Positions 47,535-55,701 of a stretch of DNA of 64,000 nt are shown here, piece after piece. Every line of letters begins with the position of its first letter. The stretch's first letter is position 1. Made by a program: the position numbers and the translations under genes. The stretch is from Escherichia phage A73, in sequence record OP778609; one strand, given 5' to 3'. A model generated the notes under the pieces. It worked only from the letters and a program-made list of their open reading frames with translations, had not been told where the DNA came from and did not search any database.

Positions 47535-47741
47535 ATGAAAAAGAAAATTGTATATAATATTATTAGCTTTATCGCAACTATCCTCCTGGCTATTGCTGGT
47601 CTATCTTTGATTGTTGCAGTAGGATCTCTGTTTCCTGGGGCAATAAGTATTAGCATAGCTTTCGCCGCATTGTCTGTTTTTACAGGGTATGCAGGGATTA
47701 AAGTTACTTACTGGTCAGAAGATTACAAATATTCAAACTAA
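47535..47741 (+). CDS. small membrane protein (two TM helices)
   Basis: 68 aa, hydrophobic; promoter TTGACG-N17-TATAAT upstream. Confidence 0.5.
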   Translation: MKKKIVYNIISFIATILLAIAGLSLIVAVGSLFPGAISISIAFAALSVFTGYAGIKVTYWSEDYKYSN

Positions 47742-47754
47742 ATTGAGGTGTAAG

Positions 47755-47904
47755 ATGTACAAGCTATTAACCTGGGAAACAGAATCATCGTCACCGATCA
47801 GCCGGACCTTTTTTGATTTGTGCACGGCTTACAGGCTGGCAAAGGGAGGATATCATAAGGCCCAAATCATTGATGAATTTAATGTTATCCTTTATGAATT
47901 TTAA
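47755..47904 (+). CDS. hypothetical small protein
   Basis: 49 aa from the ATG with RBS GAGGTG; the track ORF starts inside the previous gene. Confidence 0.4.
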   Translation: MYKLLTWETESSSPISRTFFDLCTAYRLAKGGYHKAQIIDEFNVILYEF

Positions 47905-48033
47905 TCAATTCATACACTTAAAAGAAAGTTAGAAAAAGTTTTAAAAAGTGGTTGCAACAGGTATTGGATAGTAGTATAGTACTTTCAACGGGGCGAGATG
48001 GCCCAAAACGAAAAAACTTGAAAGGTGATTATC

Positions 48034-48129
48034 ATGATGGCAATTTTCTTAGTTTCTCTTCTGGTTGCTGTATGTTCTGCCACTGCTGCCGCTGTACTTT
48101 ATGACACTCGCTACAATGAGGAATAATAA
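48034..48129 (+). CDS. small hydrophobic peptide
   Basis: 31-aa ORF absent from the track; promoter TTGCAA-N17-TATAGT and RBS AAGGTGA. Confidence 0.35.
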
Positions 48130-48131
48130 AA

Positions 48132-48350
48132 ATGAATATTGTCAACATTACAGGTAAGACCGAGATCCTTAAGAATCTTGCACCAGGTGAGTCCACCGTA
48201 TGGATCTGCAAAGATGGAGAAGTAGAAAAACAAATGAGATTGTTTACCGCTATTTGTTGTCGGTTAAACATGAAAGTTACACAAATCCGGTCGATGATTG
48301 TTAGTGTGGGAAACATTCCGACTGAATGCATAATTCTTACAAAGATTTAA
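48132..48350 (+). CDS. hypothetical early protein
   Basis: 72 aa; RBS GAGGAA. Confidence 0.5.
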   Translation: MNIVNITGKTEILKNLAPGESTVWICKDGEVEKQMRLFTAICCRLNMKVTQIRSMIVSVGNIPTECIILTKI

Positions 48351-48426
48351 AAATAGCTTTACAACAACGATAAAATCAGTACAATACAAATCAGGCAATA
48401 AAGCCGACTAAAGAAAGGTAAAGACC

Positions 48427-48666
48427 ATGCAAACTATTATCACTAAATTTCTTCCTCCTACTAATACCCGTGGCGCTCGCATCAAAGCAAAATGTTGGTT
48501 GACAGATATCACTATCGCCTATCCGGTAGCCGAGATCAACGAAGCCCATAAACTGGCGGCAGAAGTGTTAATTACAAAATTGAAGATGACAACAGATATT
48601 GATTGGAATATCGTTGCAAGCGGTGAAACACCGGACGGCAGCGGCTACGCTTTCATTATCAAATAA
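48427..48666 (+). CDS. hypothetical early protein
   Basis: 79 aa; RBS AAAGG. Confidence 0.5.
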   Translation: MQTIITKFLPPTNTRGARIKAKCWLTDITIAYPVAEINEAHKLAAEVLITKLKMTTDIDWNIVASGETPDGSGYAFIIK

Positions 48667-48720
48667 TCATAAAGCGGCGGGAATAGTTCCCGCCTTATTA
48701 AAGAGAAAAGAGAAGATATC

Positions 48721-48999
48721 ATGACTATTACTAAATTATCCACCGAAGAGATCACCAACATTCTGACTACTAATCTTGAAGATTGGAAGCGTGAAGCTGA
48801 TTTGCAAGCAACCTGTAAGCTGAATACAGAGCTAACATCAGACGATATTGAAACGATCGTCCATGCTGATTTCTATGATGCTTTGCATGATGATTCTATC
48901 ATCCTTGAAACGATGCTAGATAATGCCTGGATTAATCCCGATTTGGCGGCGTATGGTCGTAGCACCTTTATCACTATCCACAATATTTATAACCGTTAA
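48721..48999 (+). CDS. hypothetical early protein (paralog of 49671-49949)
   Basis: 92 aa; MTI(T/A)KLSTEEI ... TTNLE(D/Q)WKREAD ... FITIH(N/D)IYN shared with the other copy. Confidence 0.55.
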   Translation: MTITKLSTEEITNILTTNLEDWKREADLQATCKLNTELTSDDIETIVHADFYDALHDDSIILETMLDNAWINPDLAAYGRSTFITIHNIYNR

Positions 49000-49126
49000 G
49001 AGGCGATAAATGGTCCTGTAACAGCCTAAAACGGCGAAAGTATGCAATCACCTTACTTGACGATATTCTACGCACTGGCTTACACTGGGGCTTTTAAAAG
49101 GGCACAAAATAATTCGAAAAAAGTAG

Positions 49127-49154
49127 TTGACGGCAATTAATAATCTGGTAAAGT
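49127..49154 (+). promoter_or_regulatory. sigma70-like promoter plus leader hairpin
   Basis: TTGACG-N16-TAAAGT; hairpin GGCGGCAATAGCGCCGCC. Confidence 0.55.
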
Positions 49155-49201
49155 GTACCACGTAAGGCGGCAATAGCGCCGCCATTAAAGAGATAAACGA
49201 A

Positions 49202-49588
49202 ATGAAACAAGAAATCATCAATGAAATTATTAGCGGTTACAAAGAAGCCTTTATTTTCGCTGAATCAGCAACAGATCAGCACGGGGAGTATATCGATAAC
49301 CTTGATCCTTATGACTTCTCCCAGGATGCAAACGACCGGATCGCCCAGGATGTGACAGCCTTTATCAATGCTAATGTTGCCGCTATCTCTGAAGCGATGA
49401 GCGACGGCGCTACAGCCAACCAGATCGGGAATGATTTACATTTTACCCGTAACGGTCACGGTGTAGGCTTTTGGGATCGCCCTGAAATATACACCACTAA
49501 CACGGCTAACCGTTTGAGCAATGCCGCTAAATTAATGCCTAACGTGTCAGCTTACATTGGGAAAGATAATCTGATTTATATTGAATAA
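49202..49588 (+). CDS. hypothetical early protein
   Basis: 128-aa ORF. Confidence 0.5.
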   Translation: MKQEIINEIISGYKEAFIFAESATDQHGEYIDNLDPYDFSQDANDRIAQDVTAFINANVAAISEAMSDGATANQIGNDLHFTRNGHGVGFWDRPEIYTTNTANRLSNAAKLMPNVSAYIGKDNLIYIE

Positions 49589-49594
49589 AAAGTA

Positions 49595-49622
49595 TTGACA
49601 AGCTGAATCAACCTGATAAGAT
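49595..49622 (+). promoter_or_regulatory. sigma70-like promoter plus leader hairpin
   Basis: TTGACA-N16-TAAGAT; hairpin GGGGCGACAAGCGCCCC. Confidence 0.55.
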
Positions 49623-49670
49623 GTATCACATAGGGGCGACAAGCGCCCCGCCTAACAGAGAGATAGAATC

Positions 49671-49949
49671 ATGACCATCGCCAAATTATCCACCGAAGAA
49701 ATCGAACAAGTGTTAACTACTAACCTGGAACAATGGAAACGTGAGGCAGATATACAATCAGCAAAATGGCTTAACGAGAAGTTAACACCGGATGATCTGA
49801 GTAAGATTATAGATCCTCAATTCTATGAAGATATTCACGACACGGCGTTATCCGTTGAGGATGTACTCGATAAGCATTACATTGCTACTGATTTGCAGGT
49901 TTACGGGCGTAAAAACTTTATTACTATTCACGACATTTACAATAACTAA
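49671..49949 (+). CDS. hypothetical early protein (paralog of 48721-48999)
   Basis: 92 aa; see 48721-48999. Confidence 0.55.
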   Translation: MTIAKLSTEEIEQVLTTNLEQWKREADIQSAKWLNEKLTPDDLSKIIDPQFYEDIHDTALSVEDVLDKHYIATDLQVYGRKNFITIHDIYNN

Positions 49950-49984
49950 GGGCGGCAACGCCCTACAACTAAAAGGGTAATATT

Positions 49985-50179
49985 ATGACGTTAGCAACAT
50001 GCACCGGATCAAAAATTGCTTGCTTTGAGTTTATGGAAGACTATGAAACGACAGCTATCACCGATCAATATATCACCGTGATCACGCGTGACGGTATCGC
50101 CTGGCATGTTCCGGTTTATGATGGGGATACCTATGAAGTCACCGACAGCGGCGGCAATACAGCTATCTTTGTTGTCTAA
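49985..50179 (+). CDS. hypothetical early protein
   Basis: 64-aa ORF. Confidence 0.45.
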   Translation: MTLATCTGSKIACFEFMEDYETTAITDQYITVITRDGIAWHVPVYDGDTYEVTDSGGNTAIFVV

Positions 50180-50192
50180 GGGGGGAAACACT

Positions 50193-50420
50193 ATGCACAA
50201 TAACATCATTACCGATCGTGCCGCTACTATGCGCCCTGGCGATCGGGCACGTTTACAGATCGGCGCTTATCCGTTCCCTACCTATGACTTTTGCAAAGTA
50301 ACCGCTATCGAAAACAATCCCTTTGATCCTGATACCGTGATCATCTGGTACGAAGGAAAGGGAAATAAATTTGAAGACATTTTGGGGCGGGATGAGCATA
50401 TCAATATTATTCGTTACTAA
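50193..50420 (+). CDS. hypothetical early protein
   Basis: 75 aa from the ATG with RBS AAGGGGGG; the track ORF 50088 starts inside the previous gene. Confidence 0.45.
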   Translation: MHNNIITDRAATMRPGDRARLQIGAYPFPTYDFCKVTAIENNPFDPDTVIIWYEGKGNKFEDILGRDEHINIIRY

Positions 50421-50538
50421 TCGCCACCTAACAGCCTAAATAGTAGGAGGCAATGCAATCCCCTACTCAATGAGAATGGAGCGCCCTGGCTTATGCTGGG
50501 GCGTTCTACGTTACAGCAAAATAATTTTAAAAATACAC

Positions 50539-50567
50539 TTGACGTTCGCCAGGTGAGCGGGTATATT
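50539..50567 (+). promoter_or_regulatory. sigma70-like promoter plus leader hairpin
   Basis: TTGACG-N17-TATATT; hairpin GGGCGGCAATAGTGCCGCTC. Confidence 0.55.
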
Positions 50568-50616
50568 TTATCACGTAGGGCGGCAATAGTGCCGCTCACT
50601 GACTGGAGCTATCATT

Positions 50617-51018
50617 ATGGCCTTTACAATCACCTCTTACACTGACGTTGCCAACATTGCTAAAACTTTCGGCCCTGAAGCCCTTAAGTATGCGGTATCC
50701 AATGGTAAACTAACGAAAGAGCAATGTTACCTGATTGGAAGCTGTAAACGTTGGGCGGCATCTCGTAACATCGAGATTGAAAACGTAAATGATGGTAACA
50801 TCGAGTATAGCGTTGATGCAGTATTCAAGGCCGTGTATTTGGGCGGTATCTACAATACCAATCTTAATGATGTTCGTATCGTTCGCACTGGTTTTGGGGC
50901 TTATGATGTTCCAGTCCGCGAAGCTATGGAAAAAGGTTATATTAATCCAGCTATTTTAAGTATGATCATGACTGAGGCCAAAGAACGTAACGAAGTACGG
51001 GCCATCCTGGGCCTGTAA
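50617..51018 (+). CDS. hypothetical early protein
   Basis: 133-aa ORF. Confidence 0.5.
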   Translation: MAFTITSYTDVANIAKTFGPEALKYAVSNGKLTKEQCYLIGSCKRWAASRNIEIENVNDGNIEYSVDAVFKAVYLGGIYNTNLNDVRIVRTGFGAYDVPVREAMEKGYINPAILSMIMTEAKERNEVRAILGL

Positions 51019-51039
51019 TGAAATATTAATCGAAAACTA

Positions 51040-51067
51040 TTGACACGGATCGTCAATATGCTAATAT
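51040..51067 (+). promoter_or_regulatory. sigma70-like promoter plus leader hairpin
   Basis: TTGACA-N16-TAATAT; hairpin GGGCGGCAATATCGCCGC. Confidence 0.55.
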
Positions 51068-51122
51068 TTATCACGTAGGGCGGCAATATCGCCGCTCACC
51101 CCTTAAAAGAGCGAGATCTAAA

Positions 51123-51338
51123 ATGGCGTTAACAAAACAAGAAATCATCGACCGCATCAAAGAGTCAACTGGCGAGAATATTGGTAATGGTTTAATTGTT
51201 AAAGTTCTTGATTATTCAAATAATCCCCTGGCACCGGAACCAGTGGCTTACAAATTATCCTGGATATCCGTATTTAGTGGTAAGCGTACAAGATGCGTAT
51301 ACTATCCGAACACCGTGGGGCGTCAGTACTGTAAATAA
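51123..51338 (+). CDS. hypothetical early protein
   Basis: 71-aa ORF. Confidence 0.45.
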   Translation: MALTKQEIIDRIKESTGENIGNGLIVKVLDYSNNPLAPEPVAYKLSWISVFSGKRTRCVYYPNTVGRQYCK

Positions 51339-51398
51339 AGGGCACTTTAATATTAATAAGGGGCGGCAACGCCCCAGGTCAACCAAAGGGAAACAACA

Positions 51399-51605
51399 AT
51401 GAGTATTGCAATGATTAGCTCATCCGACATTAAAAAGGCTTTATCTGTATTGCGCTATCACCATAGAAGGAAGGTAATCAATGACGAGAGCTATCTAGAT
51501 TCATCGTTAGAAAGCGATACGTTGGAAGCCATTTCAAAATTATCTGATTTGCATAAACGCATGACCGAAAGCAACCGATCCGACTTCATAGGGGGCGAAA
51601 TATGA
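51399..51605 (+). CDS. hypothetical early protein
   Basis: 68-aa ORF. Confidence 0.45.
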   Translation: MSIAMISSSDIKKALSVLRYHHRRKVINDESYLDSSLESDTLEAISKLSDLHKRMTESNRSDFIGGEI

Positions 51606-51862
51606 GTATTGCAATGTTAATCAATACCGTAGAAGAGGCGAAAGCATTAAAGTTACGTGTTGAACTGATTGATCAACCAGGTGGAGATCTCCTTGTACAA
51701 ATCTATCCCCCAAAGGATGATTCTGGCGCTTATGATTGGTGCTACTCTGACACGTTCGAACAAGTAGACATTAAAGCAATAACATCATTTATCAACAGGG
51801 CTATACTTGAGCAAACGATAGAACTTAACGGGATGTTAAAAACACCCTGGCACATTTACTGA
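51602..51862 (+). CDS. hypothetical early protein
   Basis: 86 aa; ATGA overlap; starts MSIAM like the upstream gene. Confidence 0.45.
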   Translation: MSIAMLINTVEEAKALKLRVELIDQPGGDLLVQIYPPKDDSGAYDWCYSDTFEQVDIKAITSFINRAILEQTIELNGMLKTPWHIY

Positions 51863-51871
51863 GTTCGACAA

Positions 51872-51900
51872 AAGGGCTTGACTTGTTCAGCCCTTTTTTG
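51872..51900 (+). terminator. rho-independent terminator
   Basis: AAGGGCT ... AGCCCTT stem followed by TTTTTT. Confidence 0.7.
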
Positions 51901-52038
51901 CTATTCTTATCAAACGGGCGGCACCTGGGAACAGGGGGAGGTAATCACTGGACGACTCCGCTATACAGTGATAGTAAATAGCTATCAATAATCTCCAAAA
52001 ATAAAATAAAACCTATCGAGTCTTTACAATTCTTTCTG

Positions 52039-52067
52039 TTGACACAACAACCGCATTACAGTATTAT
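52039..52067 (+). promoter_or_regulatory. sigma70-like promoter with conserved leader and no downstream ORF for about 300 nt
   Basis: TTGACA-N17-TATTAT and TTATCTCGTAGGG leader; stop codons dense in all three forward frames until the next promoter. Confidence 0.55.
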
Positions 52068-52341
52068 TTATCTCGTAGGGCAGCGAAGCAGTGATGTAAA
52101 GTAGTTACTCTATGATGTAAGTTCTGAGAAGTCGAATCCGATAAAGTATCAGAAAGTTTCTAAGTTTTCGAATCGTCCAGATGAAAAAGGCTGGCAAGTG
52201 TTGAGAAAGGGCACGTTGAGTAAGTCCTGAACAGGGGCGCTCCTAGACACCTTCTACTGAGATTGCGATCGAAGTGTTAAACTGTGAGAAACAAAAGAGC
52301 GCTAGGAAAGAAAGAAACAAGAAAAGAAGTTAAAAAGATTG

Positions 52342-52371
52342 TTGACACAAAAGTAAGTTGTATACTATTAT
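52342..52371 (+). promoter_or_regulatory. sigma70-like promoter
   Basis: TTGACA-N18-TATTAT with TCTCGTAGGG leader. Confidence 0.55.
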
Positions 52372-52415
52372 ATCTCTCGTAGGGCAAACATTCAAAACAT
52401 CAAAAAGGGTACAAA

Positions 52416-52691
52416 ATGTTACAACTTAACGCTAAATTAGACAAAGAAATCACTGAATTTTGGGATATGGTAGTAGCTACTGATGTGGACGGTGTAGCAA
52501 GTCCTTACCTCAATAACATCGAGTATCACAATGTTGCCGCTATCAATGCAGAACACAAAGAGAAAGGCGGTGCTGATAAATTTGCTAAAAGCAATGGCTT
52601 CACTGATGCTAATCACATGATGCAATCAGTATTGTGGCAAGCTCAAGAAGATTTCGAAGAAAAAACTCTTGAATTTGCCAGACGCTCATAA
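52416..52691 (+). CDS. hypothetical early protein
   Basis: 91-aa ORF; followed by GGGCCGAAAGGCCC hairpin. Confidence 0.5.
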   Translation: MLQLNAKLDKEITEFWDMVVATDVDGVASPYLNNIEYHNVAAINAEHKEKGGADKFAKSNGFTDANHMMQSVLWQAQEDFEEKTLEFARRS

Positions 52692-52746
52692 TAGAATAAT
52701 CAAACGGGCCGAAAGGCCCACTAACTGACCTAACAGGATTAACATC

Positions 52747-53016
52747 ATGAATCGCATCGACCAGCTTAAAGTAGTTCAGCATATGGCTTACCGTATCCTT
52801 GAAGTTCAGAAAGGGAGCAAAAAAGAAGTATGTGAGAAGGCTTATAAGGTATTCAGCCACAAAGCTGATGATTGGAAGTTGCAGAAAGTCAAAAAGGCCG
52901 ATATCCTGGGCTACCTTGAGGATGAGATCCGCCTTGCGGAGCAAAAACAGATTCGTCGTGATGAGGCAGAACATAACCAGGCCTGGCAGGAGTGGTTTAA
53001 AGGGTATACTAAGTAA
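52747..53016 (+). CDS. hypothetical early protein
   Basis: 89-aa Lys/Glu-rich ORF. Confidence 0.5.
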   Translation: MNRIDQLKVVQHMAYRILEVQKGSKKEVCEKAYKVFSHKADDWKLQKVKKADILGYLEDEIRLAEQKQIRRDEAEHNQAWQEWFKGYTK

Positions 53017-53026
53017 TATCGAAAAC

Positions 53027-53052
53027 GGGGGGTTATATGCCCCCTTTGTAAA
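53027..53052 (+). terminator. rho-independent terminator
   Basis: GGGGGGTTATATGCCCCC hairpin followed by a T-rich tract. Confidence 0.6.
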
Positions 53053-53079
53053 TATTCCATTAATTTACAATTCCCTCTA

Positions 53080-53109
53080 TTGACAAGAAAGTCAATTTTG
53101 CAGTATAGT
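53080..53109 (+). promoter_or_regulatory. sigma70-like promoter
   Basis: TTGACA-N18-TATAGT. Confidence 0.55.
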
Positions 53110-53149
53110 TATATCTCTAGCAGCAAACAACAAAACAAAGGACAACGAC

Positions 53150-53569
53150 ATGAACATCAAATCAACTAATCCGGCTTACTCTTTCGATAACGCTTTTTGT
53201 CACGGTAGTGCCGCCAAAGGTTTTGAAATTGATGGTAAACTGGTTATCGTCAATGTTGATGGGGAAGAGGTTGCAGTTTATCCAGTGGCAGACGTTAAAA
53301 GCCGTTTACAATGCCGCATGGATGTTAACGAATACCGCCTTGATCCGGTTCGTGTCGTTGCCCTGGTACTGGAAGAAGAAATTAAAGCAATGCAGCACAG
53401 CAACAAATTTATCGGCGATGCACAGGACAACATGAAAGTAAGCCGCCACAAAGTTAATGAAGCACTGAAAGATTTTGGCTTTAAAGATCTAGTTATCAAA
53501 CGTGATGAAAAATTTCGCTTTCGTAATGATCTGGCAAATCGCTACTATGAAATCTATGAAGCACTTTAA
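53150..53569 (+). CDS. hypothetical early protein
   Basis: 139-aa ORF. Confidence 0.5.
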   Translation: MNIKSTNPAYSFDNAFCHGSAAKGFEIDGKLVIVNVDGEEVAVYPVADVKSRLQCRMDVNEYRLDPVRVVALVLEEEIKAMQHSNKFIGDAQDNMKVSRHKVNEALKDFGFKDLVIKRDEKFRFRNDLANRYYEIYEAL

Positions 53570-53584
53570 GAGGTAAGACAACAA

Positions 53585-53608
53585 GGGGCCGCAATAGCGG
53601 CCTTTTCT
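53585..53608 (+). terminator. rho-independent terminator
   Basis: GGCCGCAATAGCGGCC hairpin plus TTTT, immediately before the next promoter. Confidence 0.65.
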
Positions 53609-53609
53609 A

Positions 53610-53638
53610 TTGACACCTGCTAATCATTCCTTTAATAT
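53610..53638 (+). promoter_or_regulatory. sigma70-like promoter
   Basis: TTGACA-N17-TAATAT. Confidence 0.55.
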
Positions 53639-53689
53639 GTACCTTGTAGGGCAAGCAATAACGCAAGCCCATAAATAGGACAAACTATC

Positions 53690-53887
53690 ATGACCATCGC
53701 TAATGAACTGATCGCTGTATTGAATGAAGCCAAATCTAATCAGATCGATGTACAGATCAAAGAATTGCCCAATGGCCTGATCGGTTGCACTTGCACCTGC
53801 TTCGGAAGTGACTACACAGAGGTAAGCTCTCTAGAATCTCTCATTCGTCACTTGAAATCAATAGTTGAAGATTGGAGAATCATCTAA
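53690..53887 (+). CDS. hypothetical early protein (last gene of the early cluster)
   Basis: 65 aa; followed by GGGCCGCAATAGTGGCCC hairpin. Confidence 0.5.
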   Translation: MTIANELIAVLNEAKSNQIDVQIKELPNGLIGCTCTCFGSDYTEVSSLESLIRHLKSIVEDWRII

Positions 53888-54379
53888 TCAACCAGGGGCC
53901 GCAATAGTGGCCCTTGTCATATCCATCGGCGTGACTCTCCCAACTCTATTAATCCCTTCCCCATTTGGATCATCATAACTTACCTCATCTAATCATTAAT
54001 CTAATCCCCTTTGGAATCTCTCCCCCACAAATCTAAACTAATCTGATAGCTTACCATAACATAATCCACAAAGAAAGAACTATTTTGCCCACAATGAAAG
54101 GCAGTTTTAAAGAGATACCATTGCCAGAGTATGGAGGTGGCGCGACCGTAGGGAGCGACACTATAAAACGAGTATACCCCTCCTACCGCTATGCGGTCAT
54201 CGGTGATAACCGATATCGTTACACGCTATCTGTTCTCTTCGTTTCCTCGTTTTATAGTGTCTATATGTAGTAATCTTTTATTCTTTGTCAATACATTATC
54301 GAAGATAATATTGAATTATTTAATGCTTTGTTATTCATATAAAGTGAATAGCTAGTCAATAGGAAGGCCGTTAGTGTGA

Positions 54380-54440
54380 CCACACAAAGAGGCTATGCAC
54401 CACAAAGAGAGGCCGTACTTGCCCACAAAAGGAGCAAACA
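54380..54440. repeat. three spaced copies of CCACAAAGAGG-like motif
   Basis: GACCACACAAAGAGG, CACCACAAAGAGAGG, GCCCACAAAAGGAGC at roughly 20-bp spacing. Confidence 0.55.
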
Positions 54441-54503
54441 AGCAAGGCGGTACGCCAGTTTGCTAATGAGCGTAGCTCTTTTGCTAGACAAAACTCTCTT
54501 CTC

Positions 54504-54661
54504 TCTTCTTTCCCAAAATAAATTTTTTCTTGCTTTTATTGCCAGAGTATGGCGGGGGGAATGTTGAAAAAATAGATCTTGACTGGTCAACATACGATAC
54601 ATCCTATCTTCTTTCCCAAAATAAATTTTTTCTTGCTTTTATTGCCAGAGTATGGCGGGGG
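54504..54661. repeat. perfect 55-bp direct repeat, two copies (about 54504-54558 and 54607-54661)
   Basis: TCTTCTTTCCCAAAATAAATTTTTTCTTGCTTTTATTGCCAGAGTATGGCGGGGG present twice; partial third copy TTGCCAGAGTATGGAGGTGGCG near 54121. Confidence 0.75.
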
Positions 54662-55344
54662 CGCTCAGGCTATTGATGGCCCTGATGGAGTCGCTCCTGT
54701 ACAGTTGGAATAGTTCACAGTTGGATAGTAACAAGTTGGTATTATTCTTCCCACAAGTTGGAGCAGGCCAGAACTGGCGGGGCTTAGAGTCGCCTCACTT
54801 GTTGGACTGGAAGGAGGGCGCTTGCGGTGCGTATAAGTTGTATTATGTTAAATGCAGATCGAAATCGGTATTCTAAACCAGATTCAGAAGTCAATAGAAA
54901 TCTTTAACTTTATTGTTGGGGCAGCACAACATTTTTCTTGACAAGTCGAATCAAAGATGTATTGTGGATTGAAAATAAATGAAGATAATGCTTGACTTCT
55001 TGGATATTTTGAAAACATCGGACCCCCTCCCCCTCCCCCACGGTCGCCGTGCCTGGCAGCAGTGCCAACGCACTAGACAAAAAAGATGCTTTCTTGCTGA
55101 CGAAGAACAAGGTCAACAGACAACAGACAAGGCTGGTTAGACTGGTTAGCCTCTTCAGGCCAGTACCCTTTGGATATATTTGGGCAGGTACAGAAAAGGA
55201 CCCACCCCGTCATTAGTGACTCAAAATTTTGGCGGGAGGGTAAAATAACTAAAAAGTGGTCGTTTAAAATTCAGGCTGGAGGTCCACTCAGAGTAGACGT
55301 ATACTGGAAATTATAAACTACAAGACGAGTGGATGTATGGACGT

Positions 55345-55690
55345 GACTCCGTGGCATGAATGCCACTCTGTGGACAATAGGCATTACTCTGTGGCAAGAG
55401 AGGAGCCTCTGTGGACAATCGGAGTGCCTCGATAGGCAGAATGGACTTGACTCTGTGGGCAAAGTAGTGTGTCTCAGTAGGCCAACAGTGGTTACTCTTT
55501 AGGCAAACTACCTAATTTTGGGATGAACTGATATTTGTGGGAATCATTGTACGATATTTGGGCATTATTGTAGGTGGAGTACAACAGTTTGGAAGGACGA
55601 TATAGTTTGGTGGGCACAACATTTTGGGATGAGCAGATGAGTTTGGTTGCAATCCAGATGCAAAAAGCACCCACTTTTGGGGTGCTCTCT
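55345..55690. repeat. array of about 16 degenerate 18-23-bp tandem repeats
   Basis: Cores (C)TCTGTGG(A/G)CAA in about six units, then TTTGGG/TTTGGNGG in about ten units, phased at roughly 21 bp. Confidence 0.7.
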
Positions 55691-55701
55691 GTAGTTCAGG
55701 A

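Noticed and set aside
54530-54560. Sigma54-type or phage-RNAP-type promoter in the repeated TTGCCAGAGTATGGCGGGGG
   Set aside because: Does not fit the sigma54 TGGCAC-N5-TTGCA spacing; no phage RNA polymerase gene is present in the window to support a T7-type promoter.
55345-55690. Possible CRISPR array
   Set aside because: Units are only about 20 bp, degenerate and contiguous, with no spacers; no cas genes or leader. Treated as a tandem repeat array instead.
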